Below, in pieces: positions 1 to 8,060 of a stretch of DNA of 32,000 nucleotides. This stretch comes from Candidatus Poseidoniaceae archaeon (lineage in GTDB: Archaea; Thermoplasmatota; Poseidoniia; Poseidoniales; Poseidoniaceae), in the NCBI GenBank assembly GCA_943789275.1, contig CALSTM010000002.1, positions 630,001 through 662,000 on the forward strand. Direction: 5' to 3'. Under the pieces are notes generated by a model that did not search any database, was not told the origin of the DNA, and was given only the letters and a program-made list of their open reading frames with translations. Within the stretch, counting starts at the first letter, position 1. Every line of letters starts with the position of its first letter. The position numbers and the translations under genes were made by a program.

Positions 1-157
1 CGATATCAACGACTTTGCAGCAATGAACGAAGTCTACGGCGCTTGGGTGGAAGACATCGAAGTCCGACCTGCACGAGCCGCTTTCGCTGCAGCCGCATTA
101 CCCGCAGGCGCTTTAGTCGAAATTGTGGTTCAAGGCGCATGCCGAACATCGTTCTGA
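1..157 (+). CDS. RidA/YjgF/L-PSP family protein, C-terminal 51 aa only (N-terminus lies upstream of the window)
   Basis: Reading from nt 2 gives DINDFAAMNEVYGAWVEDIEVRPARAAFAAAALPAGALVEIVVQGACRTSF*. This fits the conserved RidA C-terminal pattern (DF..MNEVY...PAR..V.V..LP.GALVEI). The TGA stop is at 155-157. Confidence 0.7.
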   Translation, partial: DINDFAAMNEVYGAWVEDIEVRPARAAFAAAALPAGALVEIVVQGACRTSF

Positions 158-166
158 GGTGATGGC

Positions 167-349
167 ATGCCTGGCTCGCCGTACCTCAAAGAGCCACCGA
201 AGAGGCTGCTGACGTGGAGGCGGCTTCTCAGTTTCTCAATTCCAAGTTTACTCGTCACAACGTATCTTGCGTTCTTTTACGATGTTATCTTTCAGATGAT
301 TGCGGCCTTTACGTTCTTTTTCATCCTCACAGCCATCATGCGCAGATAA
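167..349 (+). CDS. Hypothetical small membrane protein (60 aa, two hydrophobic segments)
   Basis: ATG ORF preceded by GAGGTGATGG, a Shine-Dalgarno-like element of the kind used elsewhere in the window. It has hydrophobic stretches but no recognisable family. Confidence 0.3.
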   Translation: MPGSPYLKEPPKRLLTWRRLLSFSIPSLLVTTYLAFFYDVIFQMIAAFTFFFILTAIMRR

Positions 350-393
350 GCATCAAACAGCACCCTTGAAAGGGAAAAGGCGGTAGCAATTAC

Positions 394-1809
394 ATGGACG
401 AATGGCCGGTTCAGTGTTTCAAAGCCTACGATATACGCGGACTCGCGAACGGTGATGGCACCGGCGAGTTAACACCTGCCTTTGCTTATCGACTTGGACG
501 AGCAATGGCAACATACCTAGAATGCGAAACATTTGCAGTCGGTCGGGATATTCGTGATTCGTCACCAGCAATGACCAGCGAACTGATGCGTGGTCTGGTG
601 GATGGTGGCGTCAAAGTCCTCGACTTAGGAATTGTATCGACCGGTTGCGTCTATCATGCCTGTTGGACACTTCCAGTCGATGGTGGCGTCATGGTCACCG
701 CGAGTCACCTCCCAATGCCAACCCACAACGGGTTCAAAATGTGCCGTGGAACCTTGCCTCTTGCGGGTGAAGAAATTCAAGAATTGAAGGATGTGTTCCT
801 TGCCGGTGACTTCCGAGAAGGAGAGGGAGAAATCACCGATACCCCTCACCTGGATACATATCTCGATGCCATTCTCGAATCCACTGGGCCGATTGCTCGT
901 CCAGTCAAGGTGGCCGTTGATTGCGGAAACGCAGTTCCTGGGCCAGCCATGACGGCTTTACTTGACCGAATGGGATGCGAGCACATTGACCTGTACTGCG
1001 ATTGGGATGCGAGTGAACCTAACCACGGTGCAGATCCAACCCGTCCAAAGAACATGGTCGATTTGGGCAAGGCAGTTGTCGAAAACGGTTGCGAGTTCGG
1101 ACTCGGTGCTGACGGTGACGGTGACCGAATCGGTGCTGTTGATGAACGGGGTCATTTTGTCTATCCTGACCGACTCATCGCTTTACTGGCCGATGATGTC
1201 GTAGGTACTGAAGAAGGCAAAGACTTGTTGATTTACGATGTCAAGTGCTCAATGAACGTTGAGAAAGCAATTGTAACCGCTGGTGGCCGTCCGATGATGG
1301 CCAAGACCGGGCACTCGTTCATGAAACGAGTCTTAGCCGAACATCCTGATGCGTTGATGGCTGCGGAAATGAGTGGCCACATTTTCATGGCAGACCGTGG
1401 TTGGTACGGTTTTGATTGTTCGTTGTACAACGCCGCTCGCTTGATTGAACTCTGGTCAAGAACTGAAGGGAAAACCTTCAGCCAAGAACTCACCCGTCTC
1501 GCCCCTAATTTACCAACGACTGGAGAAGTCAAAATCCCATGCCCTGAAGAAAAGAAACTGGAGACCGTCGAGGCCATCAAGAATGCCTTTTCAGATTTCG
1601 AATCCTCGACCATCGACGGTGTACGAGTACGCTTCACCTCCGGCCAATCAACAGAACAATCCGGCTGGTATCTGGCTCGTAAATCGAACACTGAAGCCAT
1701 CCTTGTGATGCGCGTCGAGGCTGTCGATGAAACCGAACTCAACCGTTTACTTACGATGATTCACGAACGTGTTTCACCAATCATCGATATCTCCAAACTC
1801 ACCGCTTGA
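394..1809 (+). CDS. Alpha-D-phosphohexomutase (phosphomannomutase / phosphoglucomutase / phosphoglucosamine mutase family)
   Basis: 471-aa ORF carrying the catalytic serine loop VTASHLP..HNGFK, the Mg-binding loop GADGDGDR and the sugar-binding loop AAEMSGH. Confidence 0.9.
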   Translation: MDEWPVQCFKAYDIRGLANGDGTGELTPAFAYRLGRAMATYLECETFAVGRDIRDSSPAMTSELMRGLVDGGVKVLDLGIVSTGCVYHACWTLPVDGGVMVTASHLPMPTHNGFKMCRGTLPLAGEEIQELKDVFLAGDFREGEGEITDTPHLDTYLDAILESTGPIARPVKVAVDCGNAVPGPAMTALLDRMGCEHIDLYCDWDASEPNHGADPTRPKNMVDLGKAVVENGCEFGLGADGDGDRIGAVDERGHFVYPDRLIALLADDVVGTEEGKDLLIYDVKCSMNVEKAIVTAGGRPMMAKTGHSFMKRVLAEHPDALMAAEMSGHIFMADRGWYGFDCSLYNAARLIELWSRTEGKTFSQELTRLAPNLPTTGEVKIPCPEEKKLETVEAIKNAFSDFESSTIDGVRVRFTSGQSTEQSGWYLARKSNTEAILVMRVEAVDETELNRLLTMIHERVSPIIDISKLTA

Positions 1810-1826
1810 AGCGTTCAAATAAAGAA

Positions 1827-2547
1827 TCAAAGTTCTGCTTCATTGAATACTGGTGCAATCGTGTAATCGAACACAATCAACTCAACAGAGAAAGTGACTT
1901 CCTCGCCATTATCTGCTTCGACTGCAAGCCTGGACGGCGTGTACCTGCTTCGGCAGATACGCCAATTTCGGCAGAGTATGCGCCAAGGCCAGCGCCCATC
2001 GAATCGATTTGACTGATGATTTCAGATTCGGAAAGACCGGACACTTCTGCACCGACCATCGATGAGTTGAACCATTCGACAACGACTTCATGTTCGCCAC
2101 TTCCACCGTTGTTTTGTCCATCGGCTGTACCGTTGAAACCTGCATGCATGGCCGTGCCAGAAATTGTATCAGCAGCATCTTGTCCACCTGGACAGGTGAC
2201 ACAAGTCCTTTCGCATCTTCGTCTTCACCGTAGGACATGACAACACGCACACCAACGATGTTCATGTCTTCAGCGTCATCAATGGAATCGGTGTGAAGAT
2301 CGTCAATCATCTACGTATCACCATCGGCAATGTATTCGATGCCGTCGGTCAATTGAACGTAGGTGAGGTTGCCGTTGATTTGGTAATCGCCAACACCCCG
2401 AGTCCCTGCCACGCTGGATACACCGCTGGCTGCGAACGAGAAGTACAGTGGAAAAGCGATAAGGAAAAAGGCGATGCACCCCACGGTAATTTGGGTGTCT
2501 CGGTTGGTTTTCAAATCGTCCAACGTCATCATTTGGTTCGCCCTCAC
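1827..2547 (-). pseudogene. Fragmented gene for an acidic membrane-anchored or secreted protein (three consecutive frame segments)
   Basis: On the minus strand, 2547-2311 encodes an N-terminal TM anchor (ITVGCIAFFLIAFPLYFSFAASG) and ends ADGDT-TAG. An ATG follows immediately in the same frame (MIDDLHTDSIDDAEDMNIVG...GEDEDAKGLV). The protein-like sequence then moves to a second frame (TCPGGQDAADTISGTAMHAGFNGTADGQNNGGSGEHEVVVEWF...SAEIGVSAEAG). It moves again to a third frame (YTPSRLAVEADNGEEVTFSVELIVFDYTIAPVFNEAEL*, stop at 1827-1829). Confidence 0.4.
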
Positions 2548-2634
2548 CCCAACCGATGAAGCATCAACCTCTATGACTTTCGGTCAATTGACAAGCGCAA
2601 ACTGGATGTAAAAAAGAAGATTTTAGTCGCCAAA

Positions 2635-3138
2635 TCACTCGGATTCAGAATCCATCCACGGCTTTCTTGGACTGTTTGGCCAGTCGTTTTGACCAACTGA
2701 AAAACCTAACTTGGCAAAGTTCTTTCGCGATTTCTTCCACACCGGCAGAAGGAAACCAATCTTTGACCGTTCTCCAAAACTCCAACGCCACGGGCATCGG
2801 GGCAAACGAGAGACCCAATGCTGGAGAAGCAATTGAGTGAGGGGGAGTTCAAGTCCGCCGGGTAGAACCCAAGAAATCATGTTGAGTGCTCCAGATGAAC
2901 CACGGGTTTCAGACCAACTTGTGACTTCAAGACCTCGTAAAGGTCCATCAAGAATTCGTAGACCCAACGTTCGAGTGGTTTGGGTCATTGGCATGATGAT
3001 AGCGAACCGGTCGACCATCCGCGAACCTTCATGACGTTCCATGGACCAGCCGGCTTCTTCGGCAAGAAGCCGAAACACCTTAATCGATTGAACGGGCGAG
3101 ACACTGACTTCAAAATCTTGAGTCGCTCGTCGCACCAT
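2635..3138 (-). CDS. Hypothetical protein (167 aa, Trp-rich, no recognised motif)
   Basis: ATG-initiated ORF with no competing sense ORF, on the same strand as the ribosomal operon upstream. I recognised no family signature. Confidence 0.45.
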   Translation of the reverse strand: MVRRATQDFEVSVSPVQSIKVFRLLAEEAGWSMERHEGSRMVDRFAIIMPMTQTTRTLGLRILDGPLRGLEVTSWSETRGSSGALNMISWVLPGGLELPLTQLLLQHWVSRLPRCPWRWSFGERSKIGFLLPVWKKSRKNFAKLGFSVGQNDWPNSPRKPWMDSESE

Positions 3139-3194
3139 GGATGTTCCAATCGACAGGTTGGCATCAACACTCCGATGAAGGCGTCTTGATTTGG

Positions 3195-3350
3195 GCAGCC
3201 TTACGGCTGCAGTGAATGTTTCAGATCAAACTCGAAGTTTGATTCGCTTGTATGCACGGTGTTCCCACAGTCCCGCCCTTTCAGGCGAGGTATTCCGCGG
3301 GTAGGACCGAGTGGGACTACCGTGCTTCACTGGACGCGAGCATGTCGCGT
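3195..3350. other. GC-rich multi-hairpin intergenic element (candidate ncRNA or structured UTR)
   Basis: Four stems can be read directly. (1) GCAGCC(3195-3200)/GGCTGC(3205-3210). (2) ATCAAACT(3225-3232)/AGTTTGAT(3236-3243). (3) A long hairpin GCACGGT(3254-3260)+CCCAC(3264-3268) pairing with GTGGG(3311-3315)+ACCGTGC(3319-3325), with an inner CGCC/GGCG stem. (4) ACGCGA(3334-3339)/TCGCGT(3345-3350). The element lies in the 245-nt gap between the rpl12 stop and the next minus-strand gene. Confidence 0.25.
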
Positions 3351-3383
3351 ACCAAGTGCGCTCGGCGGCGCTCGATACCTGTT

Positions 3384-3680
3384 TCAACCGAAAAGGGATC
3401 CAAGACCGTCGAAGCCAGCTTCTTCTTCTTCTTCCTCTTCCTCTTCAACAGGGGCAGGGGCGTCAGATGAACCAGCAGCTGCTGGAGCAGCAGCGGCAGG
3501 AGCGGCGACAGCCTGGGTCATTGCATCAGCGATGTCAACACCAGCAAGTGAAGCAACCAGTGCTTTCACTCGAGCGTCGTCAGCTTTCACGCCAGCAGCC
3601 TTTAGAATGGCGCTCACGGTTTTTTCGTCAATGTCTTTTTCAGCAGCGTGCAGTAGCATAGCAGCGTATACGTATTCCAT
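3384..3680 (-). CDS. rpl12: Ribosomal stalk protein P1 (archaeal L12)
   Basis: 98 aa reading MEYVYAAMLLHAAEKDIDE...AAGVK..., with an Ala/Pro hinge, a poly-Glu run and a C-terminal GFDGLGSLFG. GAGGTGA Shine-Dalgarno upstream. Confidence 0.95.
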   Translation of the reverse strand: MEYVYAAMLLHAAEKDIDEKTVSAILKAAGVKADDARVKALVASLAGVDIADAMTQAVAAPAAAAPAAAGSSDAPAPVEEEEEEEEEAGFDGLGSLFG

Positions 3681-3703
3681 ATTTTTTCACCTCATTGTGT
3701 AGT

Positions 3704-4720
3704 TCAACCGAATAGATCTCCGAGTCCGCCGAAGCTTTCCTCTTCTTCCTCTTCTTCCTCTTCTTCGGCTTCAGTTGGTACCTCAGAAGTGCTGTCAGAT
3801 GAACTTGCAGCGGATGCGGCTGCGGATGCGGCTGCGCCCAACATGTTGGCAAGTTCTTCATCGAGTGCGTCGCTGTCAAGCTGTCCAGCAACGGCCATAG
3901 CGCCGTTGTGTGCTCGTCCAACGAGATGTGGCATGGTTTCTGCAGTTGTGATTGCAGCTTCCAATGCAACGGCCATTGCCTCTCGGCTGGCCTTTGCAAG
4001 AATTGTTGGCATGGTTTGACTTGTGAACCATGTGATGTTGCACGCAAGGTTGAATGCACCTGCGGCGTAACTGATGAGGTCGGTTTCGAATTGCTCGTAA
4101 TCGATGTCAAGCGTACTTGGAGCGAACAAAGTTCCACCTTCAAGCGTACCGCACAAACGTAGACCGGTGACGATTGGATTTATTCCAATCTTCGAGAGCA
4201 TCATACCCATGTCGCCTTCGAAAACATCGCCTGCTTCAAGAACAACTGTTCGCTTCTGAATTTGAACCGAGCCACCCATAATCTTCGCAGGAATGCCTAC
4301 CGAGTTCAAGTCACCAACTATTGGGCCAGGTGGCATACCGGTATCCATCTTCTCAACAACAATTTGGTGAGGAGCGACGTCGCCTTCCTTAGCGGCACGG
4401 CCTGCTTCTGTCTTCTTAAGTTCGGTAAAGAGTTCGAAGGAGTTGAGGTTTGAAGAGGAAACCAATGCTGGTTGTATCGCACCCTCGAACAATTCGTTCA
4501 AGTTTGAGTCTTCGAATCCAGCTCGTTCCCAAGCAATGCTCATCAATCGCTTCTTGGCGACTTGAATCTTCATGTCTGAACGAAGTGATGCACGCATACC
4601 GAGCATTGCACCGGCTGGAACGCCGTGAACGTCGATGACTGCAATGGTGTCTCCGCTCTTCAGCAAATCCACCAAATCTTTGACGGTGTCTTTCTTCCAC
4701 GAAACGACCTTAGGAATCAA
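3704..4720 (-). CDS. rpl10: Ribosomal stalk protein P0 (uL10)
   Basis: 338 aa. The N-terminus IPKVVSWKKDTVKDLVDLL...IAVIDVHGVPAGAMLGMRASLR is typical of archaeal P0, and the C-terminus is EEEEEEEEEESFGGLGDLFG. The TTG start overlaps the rpl1 stop (TTGA) and follows a GAGGTGA Shine-Dalgarno. Confidence 0.95.
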   Translation of the reverse strand: MIPKVVSWKKDTVKDLVDLLKSGDTIAVIDVHGVPAGAMLGMRASLRSDMKIQVAKKRLMSIAWERAGFEDSNLNELFEGAIQPALVSSSNLNSFELFTELKKTEAGRAAKEGDVAPHQIVVEKMDTGMPPGPIVGDLNSVGIPAKIMGGSVQIQKRTVVLEAGDVFEGDMGMMLSKIGINPIVTGLRLCGTLEGGTLFAPSTLDIDYEQFETDLISYAAGAFNLACNITWFTSQTMPTILAKASREAMAVALEAAITTAETMPHLVGRAHNGAMAVAGQLDSDALDEELANMLGAAASAAASAASSSDSTSEVPTEAEEEEEEEEEESFGGLGDLFG

Positions 4721-5361
4721 TTAATCACCTCGACCATTTGAGAAGGACCCATCGTTGTCTTGATGTAAAGAGAACGAATGTTTCCAATTCCACGCTCAAG
4801 TTTGGAGATGACACGGTTGTAGACTTCCATTGCGTTGGCGTAGAGTTCTTCTTCAGATTGACTGACCGTACCGAAAGCGATTTGGAACGTCATTTTGTCA
4901 CCGGATTTAACAACGACAGTTGATTGAAGACCTGCTGCGATGATGGCAGGGTCGAGTGTTGGAGGGACTGGACGAGGCATCTTGCCACGAGGACCAAGAA
5001 CAACACCGAGGTATCGTCCAATCAGTCCCATGTGAGGGACTTCAGAGAGGAAAAAGTCGAAAGCGTTTGCAATCTTCTTTGCCTTGCCTTTGTTACCGCC
5101 AAGGTCTTCAATTTCTTGAGGAGTGATGACGTGAATACCTGCAGCCTTTGCTTTTGTTGCAGCTTCTCCAGCAGCAAACATGGCGATTTTGAGTTCACGA
5201 CCGCGACCAGATGGAAGACGAATCTCTTCCTTGATACGGTTGTTCGGGTTTTTCAAGTCAACGTCACGAATCGTGAATGCAATATCCAACGATTCAACGA
5301 ACTTTCTCTTTGGTGCACTTTCAAGTGCTCCTTTAATTGCCTGGTTAATTTTTTCTTCCAT
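4717..5361 (-). CDS. rpl1: Ribosomal protein uL1
   Basis: 214 aa, in the operon position between rpl11 and rpl10. L1-like pattern (KRKFVESLDIAFTIRDVDLK....GPRGKMP.P). GAGGTGATTAAAAATG Shine-Dalgarno plus start. Confidence 0.93.
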   Translation of the reverse strand: MEEKINQAIKGALESAPKRKFVESLDIAFTIRDVDLKNPNNRIKEEIRLPSGRGRELKIAMFAAGEAATKAKAAGIHVITPQEIEDLGGNKGKAKKIANAFDFFLSEVPHMGLIGRYLGVVLGPRGKMPRPVPPTLDPAIIAAGLQSTVVVKSGDKMTFQIAFGTVSQSEEELYANAMEVYNRVISKLERGIGNIRSLYIKTTMGPSQMVEVIN

Positions 5362-5421
5362 TTTTAATCACCTCTGTGGTCAGCGAGACGCTCGAGGCGC
5401 CTCTACCACGGCTCGTGAGTT

Positions 5422-5703
5422 TCAGTTAAACCGCTCGTCCCATTCTCCTTTGCTAATGATTTCGAGGGCGTCATTGGCCCAGTGACCGTCAATCTTGACA
5501 CGCATTGAAACACAGGTTCCAATGATTTCTTTTGTTTGTGCCTTAAGATCGGCTCCGGTCAGGTGACCTTGACCGTTCTTGTCTCGAGCAACATCCATTG
5601 CTTTCTCAAGAGAGAGGTCTTCGGTCGCGGCATCGAGACTGCCGTTGCACTTCTTTACACCAAGAGCCTTCTTGATGAGTTCGGATGTCCAAGGTTTCGG
5701 CAT
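5422..5703 (-). CDS. rpl11: Ribosomal protein uL11, C-terminal (rRNA-binding) domain only (93 aa)
   Basis: From the ATG at 5703 the protein reads MPKPWTSELIKKALGV...LSLEKAMDVARDK...LKAQTKEIIGTCVSMRVKIDG...IISKGEWDERF. This aligns by eye with the uL11 CTD (IPPTTALIKKELGI...LTLEQVIKIAKMK...LKNAVKEVLGTCGSMGVTVEGK...EIDAGVYDEYF). GGAG sits 9 nt upstream and TATA-like ATTATATA lies at about 5754-5761. The in-frame upstream extension to 5841 (GTG) overlaps spt5 and has no uL11-NTD features. Confidence 0.8.
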   Translation of the reverse strand: MPKPWTSELIKKALGVKKCNGSLDAATEDLSLEKAMDVARDKNGQGHLTGADLKAQTKEIIGTCVSMRVKIDGHWANDALEIISKGEWDERFN

Positions 5704-5803
5704 TGTTTCAACTCCATTGCTCACTATGTGGGCATTCAGCCGACAAAACACCCCTATATAATCGCGCTGTGCGAAGAGGGTTGAGTCGCTTAGCCCAATA
5801 TAA

Positions 5804-6727
5804 TCACTCGACACGCTCCACGACACGAACGTGGTCGCCACGCATATTGAGGGTCATTGGGATAGGTTGTTCGTACAACTCCATGCTGACTTCTTCCTTG
5901 GATTCTGCCACACTGAGGACACGAGCTTTCTCGCCCTTGAACGCACCAGTAACAATTTCGACGATGCATCCGACTTCGATTCCAGAGGTCACTGCCTTTG
6001 GTTCGAGGTACGGTAGAATGTCGGCAAGAGGTGCTTCACCAGGAAGAACGGTCTTGGCGTTCTTGAGTGGGGTTTGGTTCAATCCACGGCGAGCTGCTGG
6101 GTCTCGACCACCGGAGCGGCCGATCAACTTCTCAACGTGGTGAAGAGCGCTGGATTCAATGAAAAGATATCCTCGCATCCCTGTAGGGTGAAGAATCGAC
6201 ATGATATCTGGGAGCAAAGAGGTGAGCGAACCACTGCCGTGAAGACGGTTGTACATCTCGTCAGCAACGCGCTTCTCTGAACCGATTGCGGTCTTTACGA
6301 TGTAAAGGAACGAACCGACTGAACCGTACATTTCTCCGAACAACTTGTTGTTGTTCTCCATATCGAGATTGGAGAAAATACAATTGTAGTTTTGCAGCGT
6401 ACCTGGGTCAATCCATTCTGCTTCAGTGTAACGACCGTTTGGAGTCACTTCCTCTGTGTTCGAGACAACCAACACCGGCACAACATCGACCAGAGAGCGG
6501 CCCATGTCAACACCACGCTCAGGGCCGGAGCCTTGGTAGTGGAGAGAGTCGACTGGGATTCCAGTGGATTCAGAGACGCGGGCGAGAACTTCTTCGGCTG
6601 TATCGCCGATTCCCCAAACGCCATCCCACAATGCTGGGAAGTCGCCATCAGACTTGCTGCGTCGCAGCAAGAGGAGTTTTTCTTCAAATCGAACGTATGC
6701 TACAAATGCTTCACTCATTTCATTCAT
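5804..6727 (-). CDS. spt5: Transcription elongation factor Spt5 (NusG homologue) with an N-terminal Nudix-like extension of about 135 aa
   Basis: The C-terminal ~170 aa form an NGN domain (FLYIVKTAIGSEKRVADEMY...GYLFIES) and a KOW domain (GCIVEIVTGAFKGEKARVLSV). The N-terminal part has a Nudix-fold pattern (AYVRFEEKLLLLRRS...FPALWDGVWGIGDTAEEVLARVSESTGI...EAEWIDP). It is one uninterrupted frame, and the gene sits between secE and rpl11. Confidence 0.85.
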   Translation of the reverse strand: MNEMSEAFVAYVRFEEKLLLLRRSKSDGDFPALWDGVWGIGDTAEEVLARVSESTGIPVDSLHYQGSGPERGVDMGRSLVDVVPVLVVSNTEEVTPNGRYTEAEWIDPGTLQNYNCIFSNLDMENNNKLFGEMYGSVGSFLYIVKTAIGSEKRVADEMYNRLHGSGSLTSLLPDIMSILHPTGMRGYLFIESSALHHVEKLIGRSGGRDPAARRGLNQTPLKNAKTVLPGEAPLADILPYLEPKAVTSGIEVGCIVEIVTGAFKGEKARVLSVAESKEEVSMELYEQPIPMTLNMRGDHVRVVERVE

Positions 6728-6740
6728 CTCCTGTATTCAC

Positions 6741-7010
6741 TCAGTTACCGATGTTCAACACATCAAACATCCAAGGGAAGAAATTGTCCATAAGGACGAG
6801 CATGGCAAAACCAATAGCGCCCAATACAAACAATCCGATACCACAAATAATGGAGGTTTGTTTGAATTCTTGAGGCGTAGGCTTACGAGCCATGCGAATG
6901 ATACGGGCCCATGAACCACGGGAAATACGACGGAATTGGGACTCAATCCAGTCTTGACGGTCCTGTACTTTTTCTTCAAAGGAGCGGTTTTCTGCATTTT
7001 CACCAGACAT
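6741..7010 (-). CDS. secE: Protein translocase subunit SecE / Sec61-gamma
   Basis: 89 aa with a single C-terminal TM following RKPTPQEFKQTSIICGIGLFVLGAIGFAMLVL. It holds the conserved position directly upstream of spt5. GAGGT Shine-Dalgarno before the ATG. Confidence 0.8.
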   Translation of the reverse strand: MSGENAENRSFEEKVQDRQDWIESQFRRISRGSWARIIRMARKPTPQEFKQTSIICGIGLFVLGAIGFAMLVLMDNFFPWMFDVLNIGN

Positions 7011-7146
7011 GGTACAACCTCGGCTTTCAATGCCACCTACCCTTCAATTATAACCACTCCGTCGCGATTACAGGAGTTTCTCGGCCTCAAAGTTTCGTAA
7101 ATTACGTTGCGAGGGTTGATGTGGGAGTGGCGTTGAAGGGCGCTTA

Positions 7147-8052
7147 ATGGCGAAGCAAGACCCCTATTCAGTGTTGGGCGTAGGTCGAAATGCCAGCGAT
7201 GTTGAAATCAAACGGGCTTTTCGCAAAAAAGCTCGCCAGTTCCACCCCGACCGGAATCAAGGCGATGCCTCGGCCGAGGCCAAATTCAAAGAAGTTCAAG
7301 CAGCCTATGAATCGATTGCTACCGCCAAAGATCGGAACGAATACGAACAACAACAACGAATGTCATCGATGTTTGGCGGTGGAGGCGGTGGTAACCCCTT
7401 CGGCGGTGGCGGTGGAGGCATGGAAGATATTCTTGGGCAAATGTTCGGCGGAGGTGGCCGTCCTCGAGGTGGAAACCCCTTCGGCGGGATGGGAGGTCAA
7501 CCGCAACAACGCCAACAACGGCCCAAAGGTGCTGACATCAGCGTCAGCCTCGAACTTACCGCAGAGCAGGCCGAGCAGGGGGGTCAATTTCCATTCACCT
7601 TCAAGCGGCTTAAGCCAAATGCTGCAGGAACGATGGAGCCAACTTCAGTTACGCTCAGAACTCGGGTGAAACCCGGCGTCAAACATGGAACGACATCACG
7701 TCTCAAGGGTCAAGGCCACGATCACCCTGAAGGTGCAGCCGGCGATGTGATGTTGACCATACGCATTCATTTCGGCGAAGGTCGTTTCTGGGATGGAAAG
7801 ATGCTTGTGCAAGAAGTTCCGACTCCCTTCAGCACCCTCATGCTCGGGGGAAAGGTGAAAGTTCAACTGCCTTCAAACAAGAAAATAATGCTCACCGTCT
7901 CACCTGAAACGATGGTTGGAGACCGCCTTCGTATCGCCGGAGCAGGTTACGACGGTGGCGATTTAGAACTTGAATTCGTACTGCCTGATTACGATGAACT
8001 CTCGAAAGAACAAGTAAAAGCGCTTGAGAATCTTAAGAACTCTGGATTGTAG
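7147..8052 (+). CDS. J-domain co-chaperone, class II (DnaJ/CbpA-like, no zinc-finger domain)
   Basis: J domain DPYSVLGV...EIKRAFRKKARQFHPDRN with the HPD motif, a long Gly/Phe-rich linker, and C-terminal substrate-binding beta domains. The CxxCxGxG repeats are absent. Confidence 0.85.
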   Translation: MAKQDPYSVLGVGRNASDVEIKRAFRKKARQFHPDRNQGDASAEAKFKEVQAAYESIATAKDRNEYEQQQRMSSMFGGGGGGNPFGGGGGGMEDILGQMFGGGGRPRGGNPFGGMGGQPQQRQQRPKGADISVSLELTAEQAEQGGQFPFTFKRLKPNAAGTMEPTSVTLRTRVKPGVKHGTTSRLKGQGHDHPEGAAGDVMLTIRIHFGEGRFWDGKMLVQEVPTPFSTLMLGGKVKVQLPSNKKIMLTVSPETMVGDRLRIAGAGYDGGDLELEFVLPDYDELSKEQVKALENLKNSGL

Positions 8053-8060
8053 GTGGGTTC

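Noticed and set aside
625-1742. Multiple 65-169-aa ORFs on both strands inside the phosphohexomutase gene. Similar nested ORFs occur inside rnr, copA, the ABC permease and katG.
   Set aside because: They are all fully nested in long, motif-supported genes and have atypical Arg/Ser/Cys-rich compositions. They are shadow ORFs.
3190-3383. Known RNA classes for the structured spacer (tRNA, 5S rRNA, SRP RNA, RNase P RNA, H/ACA sRNA, TPP or fluoride riboswitch)
   Set aside because: There is no cloverleaf with a 7-nt anticodon loop and U33. The 5S CCGAAC motif is absent, as are the SRP helix-8 GGAA/AGCA motifs and the RNase P GGAAAGUCC/ACAGAA motifs. The region is too short for SRP RNA or RNase P RNA. 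The large hairpin has a one-sided internal loop rather than an H/ACA pocket.
3252-3702. Plus-strand ORFs (72, 116 and 147 aa) with poly-Ser, poly-Phe or poly-Leu runs
   Set aside because: They are antisense to rpl12/P1. The homopolymeric runs are the reverse complement of the poly-Glu codons.
5362-5421. Structured rpl11-rpl1 spacer (GTGGT...ACCAC stem, GAGGCGCCTC palindrome) as an L1 autoregulatory mRNA site
   Set aside because: L1 feedback regulation is established in Methanococcus. I cannot show by eye any similarity to the 23S rRNA L1-binding site, and the stems are short. It needs comparison with this organism's 23S rRNA.
5704-5841. N-terminal extension of the rpl11 ORF (GTG at 5841, MATTFVSWSVSSDYIG...)
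   Set aside because: It overlaps the spt5 KOW-domain codons, has no uL11-NTD similarity, and contains the TATA-like box and Shine-Dalgarno that serve the ATG at 5703.
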